From: Candidatus Sumerlaeaceae bacterium
GTDB taxonomy: Bacteria > Sumerlaeota > Sumerlaeia > Sumerlaeales > Sumerlaeaceae
Assembly (NCBI GenBank): GCA_051003195.1
Contig: JBPCLP010000030.1
Coordinates: forward strand, 32,001-96,000
Direction: 5' to 3'
DNA: 64,000 nucleotides
Within the stretch, counting starts at the first letter, position 1, and each line of letters begins with the position of its first letter. The translations under genes and the position numbers were made by a program. The notes under the pieces were generated by a model. The model saw nothing but the letters and a program-made list of their open reading frames with translations. It was not told the origin of the DNA and did not search any database. Positions 48,026 through 58,223 of this stretch are shown here, piece after piece.

Positions 48026-48196
48026 TTAACCTGGTGGGCAGTTAATACCTGGGCAGCTGACAATTACGCCAGCGTAGTGTACTTCTCGGACGAGGGCCTC
48101 AGGTGTCAGCACCAGTTCAACCTGCGGTGCCTGGTAAATTTCCAGGTTCTTCTCGGCGCTTACGCACGAGTTAGCCTGAACTTCTGCAATCTTCAT
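48026..48196 (-). CDS. 56-aa putative RiPP precursor peptide
   Basis: GGAGG RBS; MKIAEVQANSCVSAEKNLEIYQAPQVELVLTPEALVREVHYAGVIVSCPGINCPPG; YxxPxV motif. Confidence 0.65.
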   Translation of the reverse strand: MKIAEVQANSCVSAEKNLEIYQAPQVELVLTPEALVREVHYAGVIVSCPGINCPPG

Positions 48197-48285
48197 TGTT
48201 CGCCTCCAGCTCAGAAATTCGTGAGTAACTGAGTTCCGGCCATCTGCGTTTGCAATCAAATTCGAACGGTTCGCCGTGTCTAAAT

Positions 48286-49212
48286 TCAAGACGTTTGAAG
48301 AAACTGCACGATCCCCGGCAAACACCTAAAGCTCAGTTCACATGGGTTCTCCAATGCCACAGGCTCGCCATCGAGTTGAACAGACAGCGGACGTTCGGAT
48401 TTCAGCACGCACTCAGCAGCGCCGAAGTGTTCCACACCGGCAACATCTGCACGCCAACCCGCGCCGTATCGGACATTCCAGAACCACCTGGCCATACTTA
48501 GTACACTGGCATTACGAAACAGCTGCAGATCTAGTAGTACTGGAAAATTAGGCTGCTCACGTATGATTCCGAAGCCGGCATAATTGTGCACGTTGCTGAC
48601 CACCAGCGAGTGCCCCAGGGTGCATACATATGACTCGCGTGCCTGGTCGGGTGGCGAAAAATATCGAGGTTCAAACTCGAGCTGAAATTCAGGCAGCTCG
48701 CGCAAGCGTGCCGTCACTCGAATACCACTTTCGAAAAAGGCCAGCTTTCCATGGCGTCGTTTTAATTCCGGGTTGATCCCGTGCATAATCGCGGCGTGGT
48801 ATCCGACGCTGGCAAATACGGCAAAGCGGCGCCCCTGCACCTCGCCTAAGTCCATTGGGCGTGCGGTTGCATTCAGCAGCCATTGTACCGCCTCGATGGG
48901 ATCCCGTGGAACCTTGAGCGACCGCGCCAACGCATTCATCGTTCCCATTGGAACGACACCGTACGTGACCTGCGCGTCGCGCAACTGATTGATCAGGTGG
49001 TAAACGGACCCGTCTCCGCCACCTAACCAGATAGTGTCGAAGCCATGTTCGATTGCCTCTCGCGCAATCTGCTCGGAGTGCTCTGGTGAATCGCACAGCT
49101 CCAGCCGATGCTCCACACCCGCGCGGCGGATTAACGCCTTCATTTGATCGAGCAGACGCGGATCAGGAGGCTGGTTGCGCCTGCGGCGATTTATCAGAAA
49201 AAGGAGCCGCAT
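48286..49212 (-). CDS. Diacylglycerol kinase family lipid kinase
   Basis: GGGDGSV, PMGTMNALAR, MDLG, QLDGE. Confidence 0.9.
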   Translation of the reverse strand: MRLLFLINRRRRNQPPDPRLLDQMKALIRRAGVEHRLELCDSPEHSEQIAREAIEHGFDTIWLGGGDGSVYHLINQLRDAQVTYGVVPMGTMNALARSLKVPRDPIEAVQWLLNATARPMDLGEVQGRRFAVFASVGYHAAIMHGINPELKRRHGKLAFFESGIRVTARLRELPEFQLEFEPRYFSPPDQARESYVCTLGHSLVVSNVHNYAGFGIIREQPNFPVLLDLQLFRNASVLSMARWFWNVRYGAGWRADVAGVEHFGAAECVLKSERPLSVQLDGEPVALENPCELSFRCLPGIVQFLQTS

Positions 49213-49278
49213 CTGTTTCCCCGGATAATCATGCGGTAACAACAAGCCACTGCCATACCACAAGAGAGACCGCGAGCT

Positions 49279-50901
49279 TTACCGATTTGCTCCAGGAGTC
49301 GCGAACTGAACAACCTCAGCACTATCGTTCCAGCCGAGACGGCACGCTTTCGCAGTTATCGTGGTGGGTTGGTCCACAGCAACTGGCCCAGAGTACAGCA
49401 CCCATGGTTGCTTTGCCTGCTTCGTTTCCTTCCGATATGCGATCGAAGCTCCGTCTGTTTCACTTTGAAGAACAACCTGCCCGTCACTATTCACCGTTAT
49501 CACGGGGCTGGCAGCCTGAGACCATTTTCCACCGGGTCGCATCTGCTCCTGCAATTGTGCTTCGGGGATCAAGCCGAGATCGCCTGTTTTTGTGCGCCAG
49601 GTTTCCAGCTCAGCACGCATTTGCAGGAGTGTCTGGCGGTGCGCAGCTGAGCTTGTAAGGTCGTTTGTTTCGTGTGGGTCCTGCAAGCAGTCATACAGTT
49701 CCTCGATGGGCTTGCCCGGTCGGAAGAAAAGCTCCTGCACCGGGTTCAGCTTCCCCTCTGTATGTAATCTTCGGAGTTCCTGCATCGTCGGCGTTTTTTC
49801 ACCATAGAGAATCGTTTGCGCATATGGCTTTTCGGGTTCGAAGTTCCGAATGTATTTAAAGCGCTGATCGCGTACACAGCGGATGACATCGTACGTTTCA
49901 TCCATGCGGTCTCGAGCTGCGAAGATGTAACGGTGCGGCGTATGACTATCCCCAAGGATGGGGCGACCCTGCATTTTCTCCGGCACCTTTAGTCCAGCCA
50001 ACCGCAGTACGGTAGGCGCGAAATCGACAAAGCTGACCAGGTCGCTGCATATAGTGCCTGGCGATGTCACTCCTGCACCGCGGATGATCAGCGGGACGCG
50101 AATGCCCGAATCGTATACCCAACGCTTCCCTCGCGGAAGCCCGCGCCCATGGTCGCTGAAAAAGAAAACGATGGTGCTGGTAGTCAGCTGTTCATCTTCA
50201 AGCTCGCGCAGGAGAGCTCCCGCCTGCTTATCCATCGCGGTGATCAGGTCATAATAGCGAGCCATATCTTCCCGCACGATGGGGGTGTCTGGATAATACG
50301 GGGGCAGCGGTACGACAGCGGTACTGTGCCGCTCGCCGGCCGGCACATCCAGGAGGAGCTTTTCTATTTCCTCCTTCGACTGGTGAAACTTGGATTCGTG
50401 CGTGCTAATTAAGTTAAAAACCGAGAAAAACGGCGTGCCCGCGGGCCTGTTTTTCCAGTGCGCACTTCGGCCGTTTTCGTCCCAGGCTGTCACGGGGCTG
50501 TCGAAATTGTAATCCGTTTTCGAGTTGTTCGTGCAGTAATAACCCGCGGCACGCAGATATTCCGTAAAGCACCGCACGTAAGCGGGCGGCACGGCCTTGC
50601 TGCGCATGTGGTGGGTGCCAATCGTGGTGGGGTACATACCCGTGATTAAAGAGGAGCGGCTGGGAGCGCACACCGGCGCCGCCGCAAACGTGTTGGTAAA
50701 CCGCATAGCTTGCGACGCAAACAGGTCGAGGTTGGGTGTGTGTGCTGCCGTGTCACCATAACAACCAAGGTCCGGACTCATATCCTCACACGTTATCCAG
50801 AGGATGTTAGGCTTTTCCGCTGCGCCGCAATTCGGCGCAACTAAGGCAATCGCGATGAACGCGATTGTCCGCAAGACCGCGCCGCTGAATTTGAACATCA
50901 T
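49279..50901 (-). CDS. Cys-type sulfatase with C-terminal chitobiase/Fn3-like domain
   Basis: KPNILWI..ED, CAPSRSSLITG, FSDHG, KYIRN. Start inferred. Confidence 0.92.
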   Translation of the reverse strand: MMFKFSGAVLRTIAFIAIALVAPNCGAAEKPNILWITCEDMSPDLGCYGDTAAHTPNLDLFASQAMRFTNTFAAAPVCAPSRSSLITGMYPTTIGTHHMRSKAVPPAYVRCFTEYLRAAGYYCTNNSKTDYNFDSPVTAWDENGRSAHWKNRPAGTPFFSVFNLISTHESKFHQSKEEIEKLLLDVPAGERHSTAVVPLPPYYPDTPIVREDMARYYDLITAMDKQAGALLRELEDEQLTTSTIVFFFSDHGRGLPRGKRWVYDSGIRVPLIIRGAGVTSPGTICSDLVSFVDFAPTVLRLAGLKVPEKMQGRPILGDSHTPHRYIFAARDRMDETYDVIRCVRDQRFKYIRNFEPEKPYAQTILYGEKTPTMQELRRLHTEGKLNPVQELFFRPGKPIEELYDCLQDPHETNDLTSSAAHRQTLLQMRAELETWRTKTGDLGLIPEAQLQEQMRPGGKWSQAASPVITVNSDGQVVLQSETDGASIAYRKETKQAKQPWVLYSGPVAVDQPTTITAKACRLGWNDSAEVVQFATPGANR

Positions 50902-51009
50902 CCCAAAATCGTGCGAGGCTGTCATTCGGCGTGCAACCCAATCTTGCAGGCGGAAGATTCTACCTTCTATGCGAATCGTTGCGCTGCTTAACTGTTCGTG
51001 CTGGTGGTT

Positions 51010-51672
51010 ATGTCGGAGCGCATTCTTCTCTCCATACAGGTAGGTGAGCCACAGTCGGTACCAGCCATCGACGGCAAACCGTTTCGCACCTCCCTTTTTA
51101 AAACTCCAGTCTGCGAGGCAATCTGGTTGGCGGCCGCAAACCTGGAGGGCAACAGGCAAGCCGACCTGCGATACCACGGTGGACACGACAAAGCGGTGTG
51201 TTGTTTTGCTTCGGAACATTATGCGGCGTTAGCCGAGTTTGTTGGCGCGGAACTTCCGCACGGCGCTTTCGGTGAGAACTTTACATTACGCGGCATGCTG
51301 GAGGGGGAGGTCTGCCTTGGCGACCGTTATCGAGTCGGCGATGCGGTGGTCGAAGTGAGCCAGCCGCGTCAACCTTGTTCGAATCTTTCCAGGCGGTGGG
51401 GCAAAAAAACGCTACCCAAAACCATGGTGGGACATGGATTTACAGGCTTCTATACACGTGTGATTGAAGAGGGAATGGTGCAGCCTGGTGAGCCGCTGCT
51501 GTTGCTGGAACGCCCTTTGGAACAGTGGACCATAGAGCGGCTTAACAGGATCATGTTCGTGGATAAAGAGAACCTGGAGGCGCTTGGCGAATTGGTTAAA
51601 CTATCGCAGCTGGCTGTTGATTGGCGAAAAGTCTTTGAAGAGCGCTTAAAAGCCGGCACGCAGTCTGTGTAG
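51010..51672 (+). CDS. MOSC domain protein (YiiM-like)
   Basis: HGGHDKAV, FGENFT, EVSQPRQPC, GFYTRV. Confidence 0.92.
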   Translation: MSERILLSIQVGEPQSVPAIDGKPFRTSLFKTPVCEAIWLAAANLEGNRQADLRYHGGHDKAVCCFASEHYAALAEFVGAELPHGAFGENFTLRGMLEGEVCLGDRYRVGDAVVEVSQPRQPCSNLSRRWGKKTLPKTMVGHGFTGFYTRVIEEGMVQPGEPLLLLERPLEQWTIERLNRIMFVDKENLEALGELVKLSQLAVDWRKVFEERLKAGTQSV

Positions 51673-51703
51673 GGAATGGCCGTACCCCCTTGCCAGCGGG
51701 TGC

Positions 51704-52195
51704 TCAGCTGGCGTCGTAAACCCCGGATTTGCCACCTTTTTTGTGCAGTAGCCGTATATTGGAAATGACCATAGTTTTATCCACCGACTTGGTCATGTCA
51801 TAGATCGTTAACAGCGCAACAGAAACGGCGGTGAGCGCTTCCATTTCCACACCGGTAATGCTCGTCGTTCTGACTTCCGTCCGCGCGTGGATATTACACT
51901 CAGAATGGCGGATTTCGAAAGTCAGATCCACATAGCTGATCGGCAGCGGGTGGCAGAGCGGAACCAGTTCGGACGTTCGTTTGGCCGCTAGAATTCCGGC
52001 AATCTTGGCGACCGTAAGTACATCGCCTTTCGGTAGCTTGTTATCTGTGAGAAGCCTCAGTGTTTCCGCGGAAAATGAAATCTGGCCTTCGGCGATGGCA
52101 ATTCGTGCGGTGGCTGATTTGTTGCCGACGTCCACCATATGCGCACGACCGGCGTCGTCCAGGTGGCTAAACTTCGCATGGTTCGGTTCAGACAT
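51704..52195 (-). CDS. moaC: Cyclic pyranopterin monophosphate synthase
   Basis: MVDVG.K, KGDVL, PLCHP, TGVEMEAL, IYDMTK, KKGGKSG. Confidence 0.96.
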   Translation of the reverse strand: MSEPNHAKFSHLDDAGRAHMVDVGNKSATARIAIAEGQISFSAETLRLLTDNKLPKGDVLTVAKIAGILAAKRTSELVPLCHPLPISYVDLTFEIRHSECNIHARTEVRTTSITGVEMEALTAVSVALLTIYDMTKSVDKTMVISNIRLLHKKGGKSGVYDAS

Positions 52196-52203
52196 CGTAC
52201 CTG

Positions 52204-52608
52204 CTATATGGTCTCGATGCCATTCTGCTTAAGCATTTTCTCGGCCTTACCGGGTGTTTGCACGCCAAGGATTACCAGCGTTTCGGTTGATCTGTTGGGG
52301 CAGATATACAGGTAATCCACGTTGATGCGCTGATCGGCGAGCACGCGCAATGCGCGGTCCAGCGAGCCGACTTCGTCGGGCAACAGCACGGCCAGGGCTT
52401 CACCTGCGTCGGCCTGGATGCCACAATCCTCGAGGGCCTCTTCAGCGAGTTTTGGCTTATCGACTATAAACCGGACCCAGCCTGTTTTGCCTGCGCTCGA
52501 TGCGGTGACGGCCTTGATATTTACGCCGGCTTCGGCAAGAATCGCCGTAATCTGCACAAGCTGGCCGGGGGTGTTTTTTAGCTGCACAGAAATTTCAGGT
52601 ACTGACAT
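52204..52608 (-). CDS. Tandem ACT domain protein
   Basis: ISVQLKNTPGQL..LAEAGVNI and a second ACT repeat. Confidence 0.85.
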   Translation of the reverse strand: MSVPEISVQLKNTPGQLVQITAILAEAGVNIKAVTASSAGKTGWVRFIVDKPKLAEEALEDCGIQADAGEALAVLLPDEVGSLDRALRVLADQRINVDYLYICPNRSTETLVILGVQTPGKAEKMLKQNGIETI

Positions 52609-52777
52609 TCAAACAGCCTATCTTCGATGTTGTGTGAGCCGGACGTTTGGGGGGCAGGCAAGTCTTCACAAGCAATTTTTTGGAGAGCCTGGGAGTTTGG
52701 CGTTTTCCGCCCGCGTTATTTCTTGCAGTAACAAAGGGGGGGCAACTTTGTTTATGTATCCTTTAGCGGAGCAGAAC

Positions 52778-53056
52778 ATGAAAGTAACCCTGGAACGAGG
52801 CGAGATCCTGGATGTCGCACTTATAGACAACGATCGAATTATCGGAACATTAAGTCTTCAATTGCGTGGGCTTTCGGTAGGGGCACGTTTTAGTGGTGCA
52901 TCGGCACCGGCTGCGGCAGCGGACAACGCAGGTAAGCGCAATGGACGCCGTCGTAAGCGTGGACCATTGTCGCCGGAGGCGCGCGCCAGGATGGCCGATG
53001 CGCAGCGTCGCCGCCGCGATAAAGAAAAGGGCCCGGGCGAAAAGTCTGCCAGTTAA
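52778..53056 (+). CDS. Small basic protein, putative nucleic-acid binding
   Basis: GGAG RBS; RRRKRGPLSPEARARMADAQRRRR tail. Confidence 0.6.
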   Translation: MKVTLERGEILDVALIDNDRIIGTLSLQLRGLSVGARFSGASAPAAAADNAGKRNGRRRKRGPLSPEARARMADAQRRRRDKEKGPGEKSAS

Positions 53057-54760
53057 TTAACCGCCATGCGGGAAGAACATCCACGCGGATAATAGTAAAC
53101 CGATTATGACCAGCGCAACGCTATAGAAAAACAGCTTAAATAACAGTGCATTGATGTCCAACTTAAGGTACCCACATATCCAGATGTTCTGAGTCGTCGT
53201 GGGATCCTGTAGCATGCCTACTGCGCGGAGCGCTCCCATGGTAGCAGCGGGTGGCATGAAGTTCTGCATGAGCTTGGCAATGCCGATTCCAAGCCCGAAT
53301 TCGTTGAGGGGCCCACGATACAAAGCCAGCGGAGCCGCACAAAGGAAGAAGATCACGTAGGGGAGTGGCTCGGTAGGCACAACCCGGGCAAGAATGGGGG
53401 TAAGCACTGCGTCGACCCGGGGGTGTGTCGCGGCTGCAATGAGCATACCTATGCCGGCCATAAGCACTACCGGAGCAGCAACATCACCAACCCCGTCAAT
53501 GATCGACCTGCTCAGTTTCTGCATCCCCCGTTCGCGTGGAGTTGTAAGAAACCCGTATGCCATCGCAGCGAGAAACGCGGGAATAATCGCATTCCCGAAC
53601 CCCAGGATCAGAAGGAAAAGCAGCGGGAGAATTGGCGTCAGGAGGTTCCATTGAACGGTTTGGCGCTTATGGACCCGGTATTCGTATTGTGCATGCACGA
53701 CCAGAACTGAAAGAACCATCAGTGCCGCTGGCAGACGGTATTTTATCCAATAAGAGGTGATGCCTGCTATAGGCGGCTGCAGCGCTGGTACCCAGGCTCC
53801 CAGCTTTGTACTTACGAAATAAACAATCAGCGCGGCTATTGCGAACAAACCAATAATACCAACGGACTTGAAGATACTCGCCGCCGTCACGGTCGTGCGT
53901 TTCATACGCAGAAATTCGATCACTAAAAACGCGATTAGAACAACCACTTGTATAGCGGCCCAGATGAGAAAATATCTGCGGACAACATCGAGGCTGAGGT
54001 CAAACAGGTTTGCGAGACGTGCCCAGTCAGCAGGATTCAGACAGGACCCGACAGGGAACGCGAGCATTAGCAGGCTTCCACAAACGACCGGGGACACGCC
54101 AAGAGAGACGAGTATCGGGAACATGACGGTCCCGAGCATAATGATCATTGGCAGGCCGCCCGTAGCCGTAAAGACCAGGATGCTGATCGCACTCATCAGC
54201 AGGGCAATAAAGAAAGGGTCTTCTCCGCCAAACTCTGCCGCATATTTAACAATGCGCTCGGCAATTTTTGCGTCACTGATAAAGCGAGCAAACATACCGC
54301 CGAACAACACGTAAATGATCGCCTTATATAACCTGAAAGCTCCGCTCGGCTCGCCAGTTGTTTTGCCTTCCAGGATAGTGCTTAATATCCCGTCGTTGCC
54401 AACGAGTGGCACGTTCGCGAAAACACCGATTCCGAGAGCCATGAGGGGTAGCGCCACCATTGCAGGCAACCAGCGGAGCGCGATCAGAACCGCGATGATG
54501 ATGAAAAGTACCAGGATGGCTGATGCACGTGTCGCCATCTCCGCGGTTATTGGTACTGCCGAGTAGTCATTTGGCGCCCTGGTTCCAGCCTTTGCAGCGG
54601 CCGATGCAGACAGCAGAGGTTCTGTCGTGGCTTCTTGTCCGGCGACGACGACCGGAACTGTTGTTTGCGCCGCGCTCTCAAGCGGCAGAACCAGAAACGC
54701 GGCATAGAGTACAGCGGCGAGCATGGAGAGATTACGGGCGGCCAACACTAGTTTCGGCAT
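53057..54760 (-). CDS. IT-superfamily (citrate/gluconate permease-like) transporter
   Basis: AERIVKYAAEFGG, IMLGTVMFPI, PLALYRGPLN, DPTTTQNIW; many TM helices. Confidence 0.72.
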   Translation of the reverse strand: MPKLVLAARNLSMLAAVLYAAFLVLPLESAAQTTVPVVVAGQEATTEPLLSASAAAKAGTRAPNDYSAVPITAEMATRASAILVLFIIIAVLIALRWLPAMVALPLMALGIGVFANVPLVGNDGILSTILEGKTTGEPSGAFRLYKAIIYVLFGGMFARFISDAKIAERIVKYAAEFGGEDPFFIALLMSAISILVFTATGGLPMIIMLGTVMFPILVSLGVSPVVCGSLLMLAFPVGSCLNPADWARLANLFDLSLDVVRRYFLIWAAIQVVVLIAFLVIEFLRMKRTTVTAASIFKSVGIIGLFAIAALIVYFVSTKLGAWVPALQPPIAGITSYWIKYRLPAALMVLSVLVVHAQYEYRVHKRQTVQWNLLTPILPLLFLLILGFGNAIIPAFLAAMAYGFLTTPRERGMQKLSRSIIDGVGDVAAPVVLMAGIGMLIAAATHPRVDAVLTPILARVVPTEPLPYVIFFLCAAPLALYRGPLNEFGLGIGIAKLMQNFMPPAATMGALRAVGMLQDPTTTQNIWICGYLKLDINALLFKLFFYSVALVIIGLLLSAWMFFPHGG

Positions 54761-54765
54761 AGTCG

Positions 54766-55218
54766 CTACCAGGGCTTCAGTGGTTTCAATTTAGTGTTAA
54801 CGAATGCCAGCAACTCCGTGGAAAACGGCTCGTGCTCGTCACAAAGCTCGAAACATTCTGCTCCGGCGGATGCAGTTGCTATGAGCCTGGCACGTGCGCC
54901 GGTTCCGATGTAAATTCCATGAGGATCGTTTCCAGTAGCGCCGGCAACAATCTGCGCGCTGGTTAAGTACACGGGTGTGATTCTGACGTCCGGCGCGGCA
55001 GAAAAGAGGGAGGCGATTTTCGGCAGGTAGGTCACTACCGACGGGAATTCTTCCACATGAACGGGCGCGGTGGACACATACCATGTTCCACCAGCCATAG
55101 CCGGCACGACCTGTTCGGCAGGGGAGTAGTCGAGCGCCAGTCGGGCTATAATACGCTCCAATTGCGCCTCGGGGGATTCGATAAAAAAAATCAGTCTGGC
55201 CTGTTCCAGTTCACCCAT
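54766..55218 (-). CDS. Hypothetical protein (possibly DUF4416-like)
   Basis: 150-aa ORF within an operon; ITPVYL...HGIYIG.G. Confidence 0.55.
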   Translation of the reverse strand: MGELEQARLIFFIESPEAQLERIIARLALDYSPAEQVVPAMAGGTWYVSTAPVHVEEFPSVVTYLPKIASLFSAAPDVRITPVYLTSAQIVAGATGNDPHGIYIGTGARARLIATASAGAECFELCDEHEPFSTELLAFVNTKLKPLKPW

Positions 55219-55234
55219 CGATAAAAACTTTCTC

Positions 55235-56599
55235 CTACAAGCCCCTGATCTTTACTGTGATCACCTGTCCGATTATATAAGTCGCGAGCACTGCGTAGTA
55301 TCCGATAAAGATCTGACGCTTGGGGAGAGTCCAACCGTATGCGGCGAATGCAATGCAGATATACTCCATGTAATAACGCTGCCGCGGTGCATCTCCGCCA
55401 TAGCTTGCGGTCAGAAGAATCAGCGCGCCGCCAATGCCAGCCATGATGGGAAGCGCGGCGACCTTCACATTCTGCCGCAGGCTATACACAAAAGCCACTA
55501 TCGCTGCCGGATAGACCAGCAGGTACATGAACCACATACCCGGATACAAACCATATAGCGGGCGGTCTCCACGGCCGGCAAGCCAGGCGAATGGACCGAG
55601 CATCAATCTCGGAATTCCGGCAAGCAGGTGGCCGGGTACATCCCAGGGCGACCGGACGCTTTTAGGACCGAGTTCGACAAGGCTGCTCCACATCTGGTTA
55701 AAACGTGCAGCGCCGCGGTCGGTATAAAGCGCGGTCATCGTTATGATGAGCGCGGTGGCGGCAAAAACGGTCCACGCTACGCGTCGCGGCAACTGTGCTG
55801 CCAGGTAAGCGATCGCGGCAACGAGCAGCGACGCGGCACAGTACACCCTGATGGTGTAAAGCACGTAAGTGGCCGCGAGAAAAGCAAGACCGGCAGCGAC
55901 ATCCCTGCGCTGAAACATCCGGACGAGCAGCCAAAGGCTCGCGACAAACCATGCAGCGAGATACAAATCCTTCAGCAGGAACTGGCTCCAGTAGAGCTGA
56001 GTGGGATGCAAAGCGGCAAGGCCGGCGGCAATCGCAGCGGCGCTGGAATTCACGCGCAGTCGAAGATCCAGCGCCAGCAGATAACAGAACAGCGGGAGAA
56101 CAGCGGCACTGAGTAAATTCAGGAAGAGCCCGGCTAAAGGCTTCGTTCCAAATACATAGAACGCACTCGCGAGTGACCGATGGTACCCCGTGTGCAGCGT
56201 ACCCAGAAAATAAGGCTGACTGCCTTTGCGCGTAATGTCAGGGAAGATATTTGCTTTCCAGGCATCCGCCACTGCCGCGGATTGCGCGAAGTATTCGCGG
56301 TCGTCGTACCAGAAAGTGGGGCCCGCTGGATCATACCCGAGCCTCGTCAGCATAACCACAAGCTGACAGAGAACGACAGCAACCGTTATCGCCGCAAGCA
56401 GCCGTTGGTGTTGGCGAGGCACTGTCCAAATTGCTGTGACCGTGCAGGCGATCAACAGGCCGATGGGCAGCAACCATGGCGCAGAAGGAAGTATGGGCGC
56501 CATTGCCAGGCAGATTCCTGTTGCTGCGACAAAGACGATAGCCATCCGTGCGTTGGTGATCTGCAGCCGGCTGAGACGTTCCGCGATCAGTCGCTGCAC
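55235..56599 (-). CDS. Multi-TM GT-C-like membrane protein
   Basis: YDDREY loop, HP...WSQFLLKD, RQR; many TM helices. Confidence 0.65.
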   Translation of the reverse strand: MQRLIAERLSRLQITNARMAIVFVAATGICLAMAPILPSAPWLLPIGLLIACTVTAIWTVPRQHQRLLAAITVAVVLCQLVVMLTRLGYDPAGPTFWYDDREYFAQSAAVADAWKANIFPDITRKGSQPYFLGTLHTGYHRSLASAFYVFGTKPLAGLFLNLLSAAVLPLFCYLLALDLRLRVNSSAAAIAAGLAALHPTQLYWSQFLLKDLYLAAWFVASLWLLVRMFQRRDVAAGLAFLAATYVLYTIRVYCAASLLVAAIAYLAAQLPRRVAWTVFAATALIITMTALYTDRGAARFNQMWSSLVELGPKSVRSPWDVPGHLLAGIPRLMLGPFAWLAGRGDRPLYGLYPGMWFMYLLVYPAAIVAFVYSLRQNVKVAALPIMAGIGGALILLTASYGGDAPRQRYYMEYICIAFAAYGWTLPKRQIFIGYYAVLATYIIGQVITVKIRGL

Positions 56600-56687
56600 T
56601 TAATCACCTGTGCCGAAGTGACATGCCAAAACGAAAGCGGCAGGCCATGTGGCCTGCCGCCTGGTTCTGCTGGGTTGTTCAGCTCAA

Positions 56688-57230
56688 TCAAAGCTGCGTA
56701 GCGGCGTTTTTCTTTCGAGTCTCTCGATCTTTCTGCACCTTCTTCTTATACATCTGCTTAAGCGACTCGGTAATGTCGTCGGTAATCTTGGTCTTTGCGT
56801 CCGCGCGTATGTAAGTGATCTCATCCACCAGGAACTTGCGGGCCTGCTCCATGATCTCGCGCTCCTTGCCCTTGAGTTCATTCGTCTGGTCCAGGGTGTA
56901 GAGATCGCGCAGAAGTTTCGAGATCTTGCTTGGGTCACCGCTGTTCATGATCTCGCGATAGGCGCTGTATTGCATCTTCGCATCGTTACGATTGGGCGAC
57001 GTAGGCACTTTAAGAAGAGCGAGTACTTTCTTGGACTCTTCCTTGCTCATCGGCTTTCGAACGCCGCGCTTCTCGATTTGAGTTTTGGGGACAAGCACGG
57101 TCGCGTTGTTGGGCGCGTGGAATACGTAATATTCGCGTGTCTCCCCATCAACCGTCATTCGGCGGATGCCCTCCACGTTACAAATCCCGATGCTGGGCTC
57201 CACCACCGTGTCACCTATTTTGAATTCCAT
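56688..57230 (-). CDS. carD: CarD family transcriptional regulator
   Basis: FKIGDTVV.P..G...VEGI, YY, VLVP, GVRK, LRDL, LVDEI. Confidence 0.9.
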   Translation of the reverse strand: MEFKIGDTVVEPSIGICNVEGIRRMTVDGETREYYVFHAPNNATVLVPKTQIEKRGVRKPMSKEESKKVLALLKVPTSPNRNDAKMQYSAYREIMNSGDPSKISKLLRDLYTLDQTNELKGKEREIMEQARKFLVDEITYIRADAKTKITDDITESLKQMYKKKVQKDRETRKKNAATQL

Positions 57231-57288
57231 TTTCAATCTGCGCCTCTAGTTTAAGAATGTAACCGCGCCGCCCAATGCTCCGGGCGAT

Positions 57289-57663
57289 TTACTCCCACAC
57301 TTGTTTAGGGGCATCTCCCCATAATCTTTCCAATTCGTATAAGCGCCTCGAATCATGCGTCATGGCATGAACAATCACACTGCCATAGTCAAAAACCATC
57401 CATCCCGTACCTCGGTTACCCTCCACGTTGCTCGGCTTTAATCCCAGTTTCAACATCTCATCTTCAATTCTTTTACCGAGCGACCGCAAATGCGTCTGGC
57501 TCGTACCCGTCAGTACAACAAAGAAATCTGTAATACTGGAAAGTCCCCGCAAATCAAGGATTACAACATCCTCAGCTTTTGCCTCACTTGCAATGGAAGC
57601 AAGCTTTTGCGCACGCTCCGATGCCGTCGAGTGGCTTACGGCCACCGTACCGCGATGGGTCAT
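57289..57663 (-). CDS. rsfS: Ribosome silencing factor
   Basis: KAEDVVILD, TDFFVV.TG, WMVFDYGSVIVH, YELERLW. Confidence 0.94.
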   Translation of the reverse strand: MTHRGTVAVSHSTASERAQKLASIASEAKAEDVVILDLRGLSSITDFFVVLTGTSQTHLRSLGKRIEDEMLKLGLKPSNVEGNRGTGWMVFDYGSVIVHAMTHDSRRLYELERLWGDAPKQVWE

Positions 57664-58223
57664 TCTGCCTCCAGCGAAGCAATGGTTTCAAAGATTCTAT
57701 GGTGCGGCTTACGCCCCTTGGAGTTTACATGCGCAACTTTTTCTTTGAGCACGGCGATCAGGCCGGTTTTGAAGTCGGTTCGAACGGCTTCGCGCAAACC
57801 TTCCAGCCCGGTATAATCACGCATTGGCTCCAGTGTATCCGCGGCGATTAGGATTCGCAGCGTCATGGATGGGTTCGCATGGCCAAGGGTGTGATGCTGG
57901 ATGGCGTCCAACACCTCCTCATCCTCGACTCCAAATTCAGAGTGCGCGGTGGATGCCCCTGCCGGCCCATGCCAGAGAGCGGGAAAGTCCAGGTCTTCCG
58001 GCGAAAGCTGAAACCCGCCCTCCTGCCGCATCTGGGCAAGTTCCTCTCGATCCAAACCTTTGGCGCAATCGTGCAACAGCGCAGCCAGTGTAACTTTCCG
58101 GGTGTCTGCACCGTGCAGATTCGACAAAGTAATCGCGAAATGAACTACTCCGAGAGTATGGAGAAAGCGCTTGGGGGGCAGGCGCGCTGCCAGTTCTGCT
58201 ATAATCTTGTCGTGACTCGCCAA
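57660..58223 (-). CDS. yqeK: HD-domain Ap4A hydrolase YqeK
   Basis: RFLHTLGV, LLHDCAK, WHG, AIQHHT, AADTLEP.R; adjacent to rsfS. Confidence 0.88.
   Translation of the reverse strand: MASHDKIIAELAARLPPKRFLHTLGVVHFAITLSNLHGADTRKVTLAALLHDCAKGLDREELAQMRQEGGFQLSPEDLDFPALWHGPAGASTAHSEFGVEDEEVLDAIQHHTLGHANPSMTLRILIAADTLEPMRDYTGLEGLREAVRTDFKTGLIAVLKEKVAHVNSKGRKPHHRIFETIASLEAE

Noticed and set aside
48026..48196. Lasso peptide precursor specifically
   Set aside because: No Thr at -2 with a G/C/S/A core start and Asp/Glu at position 7-9; no lasso cyclase or peptidase nearby
50902..51219. N-terminal extension of the sulfatase ORF
   Set aside because: Overlaps the divergent MOSC gene; the signal peptide begins near 50901
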